From: Euglena gracilis
Lineage: Eukaryota
Length of the DNA stretch: 64,000 bases
Assembly: GCA_039621445.1 (NCBI GenBank)
Contig: CP154954.1
Span: 37,743,703-37,807,702, forward strand
Direction of reading: 5' to 3'
The position numbers were made by a program, and so were the translations under genes. Below the pieces are notes generated by a model. The model was given only the letters and a program-made list of their open reading frames with translations. It was not told the origin of the DNA and searched no databases. Positions 12,701 to 24,120 of the stretch are shown piece after piece (position 1 is the stretch's first letter; each line of letters begins with the position of its first letter).

Positions 12701-15166
12701 GCGTAACAGACCCGCGTACTACAGCACAACTCCACACAGGGGACTACCCCCCGGAAGCGGAGGAGGAGGAGGAGGAGGAAGAGGTCCCCAAGGCCGAGGA
12801 TGAACCTCAGCCAGCGGAGCCCCCGGCACGGGAAACCCGTAGCCCATCCGTCGTGATGCTGGACACTGTGGCAGAAACTGCCCAGCGCCCAGGGTCGCCG
12901 GCAGGTGAAATGACACCTGCCCAAACTCACCCACCTCACTGAGCACAACAGGTGTACCGACCCCTCCGCGGGAAAACCCGCCGGAGACGGTACCCCACAC
13001 GCCTGAGGTGTTATGCCTCAAGCTCCCTGTTTCCGAGGAAACCCCGTCGGCAGAGGAGCCAGCGGAGGAGCCCACTTCAAGTGAAGCACCTGAACGGCGC
13101 ACCTCGCTGGGCGGACGCGTACTCGGTGATTTGCGATCACTGATCGCAGTTGTCACTCCACGTGGCGCTACGGGCAGTTCTTCCACGGCTGCGGCGGAAG
13201 CTGCCCAATCGGTGGAAGACATACCTGACACAACAGCCATGGTGGAGTATGAACCTCCCCCAGCAGCGGCGCCACCACCGGTGTCGGAAGCGACACGGAC
13301 GGAAGGCGAACAGGCAGCAACGGCGGTGGAGACAACAGCAACCGTGCCAGTACGGGATGAACTTGTATCAGCACCGGTACCACCAGCCAAGGCACGGGAT
13401 GAACCCACACCTCAGCGCATTTCCACCGCCACTGCATGAAAACATTTAGGCACACGGACACCGGCGCCTGGAAAACAGGCCGAGCGGACGTCCATGCCCC
13501 CACCACAGGCTCAACCAGCGCGAAGTGCGCCGGCGAAGCCTACACCCACACCATCCCCCGCGGCTGCCCCTGGGAAACCCACGGAAGCCCGAAGGAACGC
13601 GTAGGACGACCCTCAGCTCGGGAAACCCCTGCTGAAGGTCAACGACGCTCGGCGTCGGGGAGAAGACCCCCGTCCCAAGCGTCACCACGCACCTGGGCAA
13701 GAAAGAGCGACGCCGATCGGCGGCCCTCGGATGCTCCGGAAACCGGAAGTCCGAAGGCCCCGGCAAAATCAAAGCCGGGCGCCGCACCCTGTAAGCCCAC
13801 ACCGAAATCTGGTGATCAGCCCCACCGAAAGGCGGTGGTGGTGCTGGCAGCCAGAGTGCTGCATCCTCTTCTCGGGGATCAACCTCGGGACAAGGATTCA
13901 CGCCCCTCACAGCCGAAACCTACGTCAAAGTGGCAGGGAAAATCCCGCACCTCAACAGCCGAGACACCTTCGGAAGACGAAGTTATCATCGACTGGAACG
14001 CGGTCAATCAGGATGATCCTGAGATTCATGACCTGAAAATTAGGTAAGTGATGATCGACCACAAACTGAGGACACCGCAATGGCTCAACCGGTGGATTGA
14101 GCCACTGTTCTGTCAGGGCCGAAAATGGTCCTTTGATCAGAACGTGGCCTGGACGTATTACAATTCCAGATCCCCCGGTGTTTTGGCCCAATACTTTGGT
14201 GAGGAATTCGTCATCGACAAAACAACGGAAAACCGTTTTGTGTGGCTTTGCACTGTATGCCACAAGATGTACAACAGTGCACCTGACCTGGGATTACCCC
14301 TCGTCCATGTGTGCAACCCTGTGGATCGGAAATCGTTCCATAAGGATGTATACATCACCAACTCTGCCGCCTTGGTATGCGCCAAGTGCGTGGACAGTTG
14401 GACCCACAAACACAATTTTTGCTACACCGAGCGAGACGGTAGGAATGTACCGATACTCTGCGTCAATTGCCTTCGAGGTACTTCTGGCAAACTGCGGAAG
14501 GCGCAGTTCGTACAATCGTGCCAAGTGCCCAGAAGCCACTTGAGGTCCACCTCCACCTTGAACAAAAAGTACAAGGATTTTTTCAAGTACGCCAACCTCA
14601 AGCTTGACGACTACCGCCACACGGGAATGGCCCGTGGGTAGCAGATCGACAGTGGGGCGATACGCCTCGCGGCTGAGGAAGCAGGGGTAAGGTTACCTGA
14701 CCTCTGGGAGACAGCGGACAGGGAAAAGATATTTTTCCGCCTGTACAAAACCCAGGACCGAAACGGTCGCTGGTGCCCGCCACAATGGCCACCCGAAGAA
14801 CACGGGATGACCTGGAAAGACTGGCTTGGGGGCGTATTACGACCCCATACAGTCCGCGCGGAATGTGCGTATCACACGCCAATTGACTTACACCAGGGGA
14901 ATGCTCCGCAGGTGTCAGCCAACCATCCACGGATGAAGTACTTCATCTGGCCAGCCACTCTGCCCAGTAAATTCTGGGAGAAGCTGCAGTGGTTCCTCGC
15001 AGGAAGAGCGAGCGCAACCAAGCAGACAGTCCCCGAAGGATGGGTTCAGGACTGGATGGTCCCTGATTTCGAATACGAATCGCCAGTAACCTGGCTTGTA
15101 GATAGGCCACCACCACCACAATTCCAGATGGTCCTTGTGGAAGATCCCTTGGACTCCCGCCATTGA
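9770..15166 (+). pseudogene. Extra 3' ORF of A (~1800 codons reconstructed, unknown function; Pro-rich linkers and Cys/His-rich domains)
   Basis: Consecutive ORFs 9770-10576, 10428-10991, 11450-12466, 12490-12942, 13008-13439, 13436-14047, 14048-14641 and 14807-15166. They show block-wise amino-acid similarity to the equivalent region of B1 and B2. Confidence 0.75.
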
Positions 15167-15597
15167 TTATTGGCGGCTGGAACGGATGTAATGCCGAAAC
15201 GGCATTACCAGGCCCATGCAAGGTAAGTGCCTTCATGAAGCCTGTACATCCTTAAACTGCCCCCCCCCTTCCACGCCTCTCCCCTGGTGTTTTCAGCGAA
15301 TACGCTTGACCAACCCCGCGTGCCATTGGCACACCCAAAGTGGGTGGACGGGACACTATGACAGGAAACCTGCCAGCCCCGTTTCCCACAGTGGGATTTT
15401 TCACACCGCTAAGCCGAAACGGCTAATAGGTAACCGCGATAAGCGGTAACCTTTTGCGCGTTTTCAGGTTTTTGGGTTGCGCGCCTGTCGTGAAAAGAGA
15501 GCCGTGTTCTGGAAAACAGAAACCAATCAGGACTGTGTCTGAAATCCGGACGGGTCCTGGGATGACCTGGTCCAAGAAGGAAATCGGGCATAGCCCT

Positions 15598-15607
15598 GGA
15601 AGGGGGA
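15598..15607 (+). promoter_or_regulatory. Polypurine tract of A
   Basis: GGAAGGGGGA immediately before the 3' LTR start TGTGTACC. Confidence 0.9.
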
Positions 15608-16004
15608 TGTGTACCAGGCACGATCCCAGCTCTGTAGGAAACCTGCGGAGTCTGGATCCGTCACAATCTGACGGCTGTGATGAACACAGCCTGACGAAGT
15701 TGGCAGATCCTATGGGAATTAGCGACACGTATCACACGTGCCTCCGTGATCTCTTTTCCTCACAGGTGGTATTCTATTCTTCACATTCTGATTGTTTTGA
15801 CGTAAGAGGACAAACCTCTGAAAGGACTGAACACGACTGTGAACAGTGACTTGCCTTGTGATCTGTCTTAGCATAGGGGAATTGGGAAAAAGGGTTTTGT
15901 TACTCCAAGGATTTTTAGTCACCTAAGTAGGTGCGTACCAGGAGAAAGCGAAACAGGCTTTTCCGGGACAAAAGGGGTCAAAGGGAAGTCCTTGGACGTA
16001 CACT
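15608..16004 (+). repeat. 3' LTR of element A (397 bp, TGTGTAC...GTACACT)
   Basis: Direct repeat of 1-393; follows the PPT. Confidence 0.95.
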
Positions 16005-18443
16005 ATTCGACACCCTGTGTCGACTAAAATTTTGGCTTGTGCACAGATTTTTTGAGCCTTGATTTTCGCTTTGACCAAAAGTTCCTTGGGGGTACACAAA
16101 GCGAAGGGTCAGGTGTAAAAAAAAAAGTTGTTGCACCCACTGTTTCATGCCCCTTTGCTTACTTTGCTCATCATTCCAAGCAAACATTTTGGCGCGGGGA
16201 GTAGAGGACCCGTACATGTTTCGGGTACCGACCAAAAAAACCAATGGGCAGGGGGGGCAGGAGTGATCAGTTCGTACCTCCATCTGTTCGTCAGCCCAGA
16301 GATCCGTGCCCTCAGACCTCGGGCTCCCCTACTTCATATCGTAGTCGGCCTTTGGGCGTATGGTGGAATTCCCAGAATGAATTGCGCGAATCACGCGAAT
16401 CACATCCCTGTCTTTTGCAGGCTCATCTCCGGTGCTCTCCTCCTCCTCCCTGCCCGAAGCCAGGGCATTTTCCTCGATAGCGATTATTTTGAAACCAACC
16501 CGCCGCCTATTGGCAGAACCGCGATTGGAAACGCGACGACCCTGTCTAGGGCGGGGAGATCGGGAACGGGGGCACGTGGGTGAATGGTGGTCTTTAGACC
16601 CACGAATGGAACAACGGTTCCGCGATTGTGATTGCCTCTTGGCAACACAATGCCGCGGGGAGCAGGTACTCGCTCGACCACAATTCCATCTTAACTACCT
16701 TCGGGTTCTCATCTTGGGTTGGTCCACTAAAAACTCTAATAATATTCCCAGTCGCGGAAAAATTGTTTCCAGTCCTGGTGTGGGTGCACGGGTTGCCGCA
16801 TTGCGGTTCTGCAAATCCGCGACTGCGGTTCGGATTTCCATTGCGTCATTTTGCCACTGTTGTTGCAATTTACCAGCCTACTCGCGATATTCGTGAGTTG
16901 GGTGTAGAAACTCGCAATTTCAGCGGGAATTTCGCTACATTGACACAATTTCTGCTCCAATCGAGTATGTCTTTCCTCCAATTGTTGCAAATGCGTGCGG
17001 GGGGTAAAAATCTCATTCGCTTGGGCAGAAAAGTAGGCAAAATTAGCGGCATCACCGCCCAACTGGAAAATGTGCTGTTGCGCTCCTGAAATGCGGTTGC
17101 AAGTGTGTAGAAGTGCTGCAATGTGATAAATTGTCACAAATCGGGATTTTTGATTGGGGTTTCATGCAACCTTTGCTGCAATTGCGAAAAAACTGCCGTA
17201 ATTGGCTCCAATTGATGGTATAAAGCTTGCAAACTATGTTGCATGTTGGAAAAAATCGCATCATTGCGGGATTGTGACTCACAAATGGCATCACGCACTC
17301 TTTGGAAGTGTTGTGGCAAATGTGCCTGCAAATGTGTGTAAAAAACTTGACGCAATGTTGTTAGGTCCACATTGGTGGTTTGAAAATTTGTTTGGCAATA
17401 TTCGCCAACATCACGCACATATCTCCAAAGATAATCCAGCTTGTTTTCTAAAACCTTTTGGTTGTTTTCATCAAAATACAAAACATTGTTAAGTGTCATA
17501 GCGCAATAGGCCACATTTGACTCTGAGGCGAATACGCTACGGCAAATTTTTGTAGAGGGTGGGTTAGAAACACCATGTTTTTTTCCAGCCCCCACCCTCT
17601 GCGCTTCCCCCCACAACTCCGATTGGATAATCGCCAGCACCACCTGAAACGGCTCCCTCTCGTGCATTGCCATGGCTCTCGCAGATACGTTTGACGGTTC
17701 CCTCTTATAAAAGTCCCACAGAGTCCATGAGCAGTGTTGTGGAAGGGTTGGAAAATATTTCCCCTCATCCCATTACCGTCATTCAGCGTATAGTCGCAAA
17801 TCTCCCAGTGGAACACCCGCTTATGCGGCAAATCTCCTATGGCACCAACGCGAGATCTCGCCGGGGAGGAATAGGTGTTATACGATCGGCTTTCCAACAA
17901 AAAGGGGTTCTGCCGGTTGAGCATTGGTTTGCTCGTTAGAGCTCGACGCCGATAGGTGTGGGGATGCTCATTGGGCGGGGGGGGAATTACTCGACACAAA
18001 CACGGATAGGTGTGCCACACGCGGGGAAGGAGGATTACCTTGAAATGAGTCAAGGCTTGTGTACCCCTATGGGGTTGAGGACGCTCAATAGAACTGGTCA
18101 GTGGTGCTGCAGGTTCAAGTCCTCGAATTGAACCAATAAATGCAGCGTAGTCAATTGGCACTGTGCTCTGCATTTTTGCAGGCAAGACACAAAAACGAAA
18201 TGTAGATTCCGATGAAAAAGTGCAGAAATAAAAGGTAAAAGAGGGGAAAGTATAAAACGTAAGCAGGGACCCAAATTCTCAGGTTTGAAGCAAGGCATAC
18301 GGCGAATCGTCAGAGGACATGTCCGTGCGTACAGCTTTGGCCGGAAACGGCTTGTAGTGCCTGTAATCGCCTATAGCCAGGGCACCACTCGACCGACTGC
18401 GGTCAAAAAGATCGAAAACCTAAACTGCCACCAAGTGTACGTC
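16005..18443 (-). mobile_element. Internally deleted Gypsy remnant, family D (LTR stub, PBS, gag, start of pol), interrupted by A in the protease
   Basis: LTR-end stub GACGTACACT at 18443-18434 with PBS-like TGGTGGCAG. gag start MQST at 18173, QFFRDWEYY, TAG plus hairpin at 16331, and KILVDTGCR ending at the A junction. Confidence 0.85.
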
Positions 18444-20427
18444 AAACCCTTTTTGTAAAGGAAGCAACTGTATCAGCGCTGATGGCTTTGTACGGGGGTT
18501 TTAACCAACAGGGGACCCCAGGTTTCGCAAAGACACGTGTTTCTGCCACATACGACATCATCAAACATTGAGGACTTGCAACCAATCTCTTCGACTTGTG
18601 AAACTCCTGGCCTTTACGCTCGATTTTGATGTAGGGAACCCCACCCAACACACTGGTGGTTCTTTGGACCTGTGCCAAATCAGACGATCGATATAAACAG
18701 AGCATTCTGCAGCAAAATTGAGTTCTGTACGTAATGTACAAATATCAGTGGGCAGGGGGGACTGTGCCAGCCCCAGGAGGATTGGGAGAGGATCCCAAAA
18801 AAGAACCATATTTCTCCAGAATTTGGTTCCAAAGCCTTTTGTTAGGCGCTAGCATGGAGTGGAACATCAGGCCACCAGATCCAGGGATTAAAGGCATAGC
18901 ACTGTACGCATTACGGGCCTGTGCCCTTGAAAATTAAAAAAGTTGAATTAACGCGTCAACCTCGTGGCAACCGTTTTGATAACGCCTTATACTGGGTTTT
19001 CTTCCCAGGACATCGTTAATGGTTTTATTTTGTAAAATGTGTCACTTCCAAAATTTGCCTGAGCAAATCATGCAAAGAAGGGGCCACTGGGGTGGCATTT
19101 TTTCTTCCCTGCAATTGGTAAACATACCCTTGTAGGGGACTATTTTCAGGCAGGGGGTCCCTGGTAGTTTCATTTTGGTTAACTGGGGGCACCAGGTGGC
19201 TGAATCCCAGTGTGGGGTGACCATGAAAACTTTTTTCTGTGGAACAGTTTTCATTCTGGGCAGGAATTTCTGAATTATTGACCCGGGGTTGAACGGATTG
19301 TCCAGGGGACATTGTAGTGCATCCACTGCTGATGCCCCCAGTAGGGTCACCTGGCAACAAAATCGGGCAGTTGTTTGTTCCTTGGTCAGGCAAATAAATA
19401 TGTTTTCAAAGCTATGAACTGTTTGAAATGCTGGTTCAGCCATTGAAAAAGTTGGGGGTCCAGTGAGTAATCCCCCCTGTCCATTTCCCATCTCTTTACG
19501 GGGTCTGCAAGGCATTCCTTTGAAGGCACCCACTTGACTTGGAAGTTTTTTTTTTTCGTGCTCCATACACCATTTACCAAACGGTCTTAGCATTGTGTTG
19601 AAAAGGTCCTTTTTTCCGCACCATTCTGTCAGGAACCGTTTCTCCAGGTTTGCTTAGGCTTTTTACTGTGCTTATTGCTGTACTTAGTTCTTTGTTGTGT
19701 GCAGTGAGCACTTTTCCCTCCCCAAATTTTGCACAACATTTCCTGTACGGATGTCTAATCCGCCTCGTGCGTGTGTGCTGCTGTCTGAGTGTAACTCCCT
19801 GGTAGCATTTTTGGGGAATGGTCTTCCCCCCCATTGTCCAGTAGAATTTTGATTTACTTTAGTTGGGTTTTTATTTCTGGTGAAATGTGAGGTTCGGAGA
19901 CCCAGGGGGGCTGTGAAGTGTTTTGCCAGAAAATTGGCCTGGTCATCCGTAAAAGCCCTGTAAAAGGGCAGGGCCATTAGGTTGGACCTGATTCGTCCCA
20001 AAATGGCAGCCAGCTGCCTTTTTGACATGAAGTCCCTTTTACATTTTTGCCCAGTTCCTTTTTGATGGTCTTGACTTTTTGGGGGGCATTTGTAACTTTC
20101 CATCTTGGAAGTTTAGCTGAAACCCCAGGTGGTGCACAATTTGTGTGGGTTCCAGGGTCGACTTTTTTGCATTTATTTTGAAACCTGATTTTAATAAATC
20201 TCTGACCACTGTGTTCAGGTGGGTTTGCAGGGTGTTTCTGGTGGGGGCCACCACTAAAATGTCGTCCAGGAAATGAATACCTGGATGCCCCTTTTTCTCC
20301 ACAACTTTTCGAAAGTTTTGACGACCACCATGAAAATTTGGAGCATTATGTTCAGGCCAAAGCAGCCTGCTTGTAACTCCCATGTTTGCCCCCTACCATA
20401 TGCCTCAAAAATGGCCTTAGGGCCTGG
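18444..20427 (-). mobile_element. DIRS-type tyrosine-recombinase retrotransposon fragment (RT C-half, RNase H, MTase, N-part of YR), decayed
   Basis: GCFGLN...FLDDILVV...GFKINAKKSTLEPTQIVHHLGFQLN (DIRS-like RT); LHSDSS and WVPSKECLADP (RH); LFA...VTPHWDSATWCPQL (MT); KYGSFWDP...LYRSSDLA...SADTVASFTKR (YR). RT-RH-MT-YR order is typical of DIRS. Confidence 0.82.
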
Positions 20428-20740
20428 AGTGTACGTCTGATTCCCAAATACCCTTTCCCCATTACCAAAAAGCCTTCGCTTTCACCTTGGCCCACCTACT
20501 TGGGAACTGATTCCTTTTCCCCCTTCCCAAGAAGCAAAACACAGAGCAGCAATGCAGGGAGGACGGACTGGATATCCAAGTCCGGTCCGAAGAAAAAGTA
20601 AGGACAAAGGAGAAAACAGAATAGAATAAATAATACCACCTGTGGAGAGAGAAGAGGCACCCATTAGGAAATCCTAATAGGATCTGCTTCCATCCTAACT
20701 TCCTCAAATGAAGGTGGCAAAAGCATACGCCTGGTACACA
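20428..20740 (-). repeat. 3' LTR of B1, with PPT at 20741-20750
   Basis: Similar to 39181-39498. Termini TGTGTACC/GACGTACACT on the minus strand, with GGGAGGGGGA adjacent. Confidence 0.9.
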
Positions 20741-21549
20741 TCCCCCTCCCAAGGCTATGTCCGAGTTACCCTTTGGACCAGGCATTCTGGCCACAGGGAT
20801 TTCGGACACAGACCTGGTATGTGGGAGGTGCACCCTGGCGCATCCACAGGGGCCCTTTCCGTCGCACAGGGGTCCACTCAAGTGGGGGGGGGCGGAAAGG
20901 AGGGGGACCCAAAAAGACCAAAATGCACAAAATGGTTTCACCTATTCTGCGGTGGCTTATGGCTGTATAGTATATTATAGCCCACTGGGGAAAATGGGGC
21001 TGGCAGGTTTCCCTGCCAATCAAACCCATCCACCCAGTTTGGGTGCGCCAAAGGCACTTGGGGTTGGGTCCATGGGCATTCCAGGAAAACCCATGGGGAG
21101 GGTGTGGAAGGAGGGGCCCTCTGACCAGTCAAACCTGGGCAGGGCGCATGGCCAGTCAAATCTGACCACGCAAAAGGAAATCCTACTCTACAAAACCAAC
21201 TGCCGGCGACAGCATTTGCCCGGGGGGGGAAATAGAGAGGAGTGGGGGGTTGGCTTAGGCCAAAAAGGTTGTGCTGTCTGGCAGCATTATGGCGTCAAAC
21301 GGTCGAAAAGAAAATTTGAAAGAAAAGAAGCCGTCGGCCCTGTGCGCTGCCTGTCGCACGCCCGCCAGAGGGGAGAGGGGGGAGGGGTGTGCATGCATGC
21401 GCACGGAATCCTGCACATGGCAGCATCCCGGTGGGAACTTACTAGCGGCGAATAACGCAAAGGGTCTTAGAAGGGGTTGTTCGGGCGAATACCCAAACAG
21501 GGTGTCAGGCAAATACCTGACGAGGTTTCTAAAAGACGCCGCATTGGCG

Positions 21550-23032
21550 CTAACAGCCGCCGCACCTGCCTTTATCCGCTGGGCGTTCGCGCACCTCACG
21601 CCAGTAGGCGTGTTGAGCGTCCCCTAATGAGTCCTCAACCAACTCCAGTTGGCGTGGGGACCGCTGCGGAGCTGATTCAGTCCGGATGGTATTTTGATCC
21701 GGAGCGTTGATATCAAAGGATAGGGTCCCCCAGTACTTGATCCAACTGTCCGGCAACTTCTCCCTGGTACGGTCAGCTTGATGCTGAAGGTACCGCTGGA
21801 GCTGTTCCCAGAAAATTCTGGGCAGCATCACCAGCCAGATGATGTAATTCACCCGGGGGTTATTCGCAGGCACCTGCGGGGACATCCCCGGGGTCTGCTT
21901 GAAGTTGACCTCATACATCCTTGGGAATTGGGAAAGGGGAATTGGGAATCAGACGTACACTAAAGCACCACCGAAATGTGGCGCTGGAGGTCAGACTGGC
22001 CTAAAGGCCCTACGACAATGCACGACTTTTCGGCCGTTGCATCGTCCGGGTACGGCCAGAGCAGACCGAAAGGTAAGGCTCGTCGCCGACAGGCCCAATC
22101 TTCCGCCGGATCGACGGATGAGGAGCTTGATGAACCTGCTTCACCTCCTGTGTCTGCGGATGCACAGCTTCTGGACTCAGGATATCCTGACCAGACTAGG
22201 CACCGTTGAAGAGAGGACGAAGAAAATGGCTGCTATTAGGCACCAGAAAGGGTCACTAAATCGACGAATTCAGCCCGTCTTCGTCCGAGGAGAACCTTTC
22301 CACTATGTCCCGGAACATACCTGGACAGCTTGGAACTGGTGCTCACCCAGAGTACTGGCACAGTACTTTGGTGAGGACTGTGTGTTGGGTTTCCAGCACG
22401 GCACGTCCTTTGCCTGGACGTGCACCGTGTGCCACCATGTGCGGCACAACCAACCGCTTGTGCAAGCGGCCGGTGCAATCCACGACGTTCCATCACAGGA
22501 CATATGTTGCGAACTGCGTGGCGCTCGTATGTTGCCAGTGCCTGAACGCCTGGAAGCAAAGCTTGAACTACTCCTACAGTGAGAATGCTCACGACATGGA
22601 TATCCCTGCCTTGCGCATCAACTGTGTAGGGGCCAAGTTCCTGCAGACTGCAGATGGAGCAGTCACGATCATTGTCCCCCAGCACTGGGAGACACTGGAG
22701 AAGTGGAAGAAGGAGTACAAGCAGGTGGAAGGCCGCCTGAAGCACTCCGACTTCCGAAAGGTAGAAAGCCACCGCCACACGGGAATGGCCCGTGAGTTCC
22801 AGATCGACGCTGGGGCAATGCGCGTCGCCTTCGAGGAGCATGCCAGGGTAAGAATGCCTTATCTCTGGACTGATGGCGACTGGGAGACACAGGTTTACCC
22901 ACTGTTCTCCAAGCGTGAGCATGGCGGATACACCTTGCCACTGTGGCCTCCTGAAGAACACAATTTGGTGGACTTCAGAGGTTGGTTGGCGGCTGTATTA
23001 CGGCCCCATACCGCAAGAGCTCGGACAGCGAG
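21550..23032. pseudogene. C-terminal part of the B1 extra ORF (21962-23032 inverted to +, 21550-21920 on -)
   Basis: WTCTVCHH, VCCQCLNAW and YRHTGMAR-like blocks match 24556-25353 and 14048-14641. Confidence 0.75.
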
Positions 23033-23527
23033 GTACTTTCCCCCCGGGGCAAATGCTGTCGCCGGCAGTTGGTTTTGTAGAGTAGGATTTCCTTTTGCGT
23101 GGTCAGGTTTGACTGGCCATGCGCCCTGCCCAGGTTTGACTGGTCAGAGGCCCCCTCCTTCCACACCCTCCCCATGGGTTTTCCTGGAATGCCCATGGAC
23201 CCAACCCCAAGTACCTTGGGCACACCCAAACTGGGTGGATGGGTTTGCTTGGCAAGGAAACCTGCCAGCCCCAATTTCCCCAGTGGGCTATAATATACTA
23301 TATACCCATAAGCCACCGCAGAATAGGTGAAACCATTTTGCGCGTTTTGGGCTTTTTGGGTCCCCTCCTTTCCTCCCCCACTTTTTTTGAGTGGACCCCT
23401 GTGCGACGGAAAGGGCCCCTATGGATGCGCCAGGGTGCACCTCCCACATACCAGGTCTGTGTCCGAAATCCCTGTGGCCAGAATGCCTGGTCCAAAGGGG
23501 AAACCGGGCATAGCCCTGGGAGGGGGA

Positions 23528-23793
23528 TGTGTACCAGGTGTATGCTTCTGTCCCTTTCCGTTGAGGAAGTTAGGATGGAAGCAGATCCTATTAGGATTTC
23601 CTAATGGGTGCCTCTTCTCTCTCCACAGGTGGTATTCTTTTATATTCTGTTTGTCTTTCCTTTTCTCCGGACCGGACTTGGTTATCCAGTCCGTCCTCCC
23701 TGCATTGCTCCGTGCTTTGCTTCTTGGGAAGTTGGAAAAGGGTTTTTACTGTTACTCTGATTTTCAGTTCCCAAGTCGGTGCGCCAAGGCGAA
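23528..23793 (+). repeat. Main part of the B2 3' LTR (inverted); the last 41 bp are at 21921-21961
   Basis: Reverse complement of most of 39181-39498, preceded by PPT GGGAGGGGGA. Confidence 0.9.
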
Positions 23794-24120
23794 GAGAGGA
23801 GTGGGGGGTTGGCTTAGGCCAGAAGAGTTGTGCTGTCTGGAGCCTTAAGGCCTCAAACGGCCGAAAAGAAAAGAAAGGGAAAGGAAAAGAGGCCGTCGAC
23901 CCTGTGCGCTGTGTGTCGCTCGCCCGCGAGAGGGGAGAGGGGAGAGGGGTGTGCATGCATGCGCACGGAATCCTGCACATGGCAGCATCCCGGTGGGAAC
24001 TTACTAGCGGCGAACACCGCAAAGGGTCTTCGAAGGGGTTGTTCGGGCGAATACCCAAACAGGGTGTCAGGCGAATACCTGACGAGGGTGCTGAACGCCG
24101 CATTGGCGCTCACAGACACA

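Larger units (their letters stand above)
1..16004 (+). mobile_element. Ty3/Gypsy chromodomain-bearing LTR retrotransposon, family A, near full length (~16 kb), decayed
   Basis: Direct repeats 1-393 and 15612-16004. PBS follows the 5' LTR and PPT precedes the 3' LTR. Domain order gag-PR-RT-RH-IN-chromodomain is the Gypsy order. The first 4 nt of the 5' LTR are inferred to lie before the window. Confidence 0.95.

Noticed and set aside
12719-13408. Long antisense ORFs over GC-rich regions (also 27899-28537, 28822-29484, 24550-25161)
   Set aside because: These are shadow frames of GC-rich coding DNA, with no recognisable motifs and no conservation between families A and B.
20757-21627. ORFs of 100-230 aa in the 3' UTR/LTR regions (also 23327-24269, 63235-63744)
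   Set aside because: Frames are not preserved between copies, and some are created by inversion junctions.
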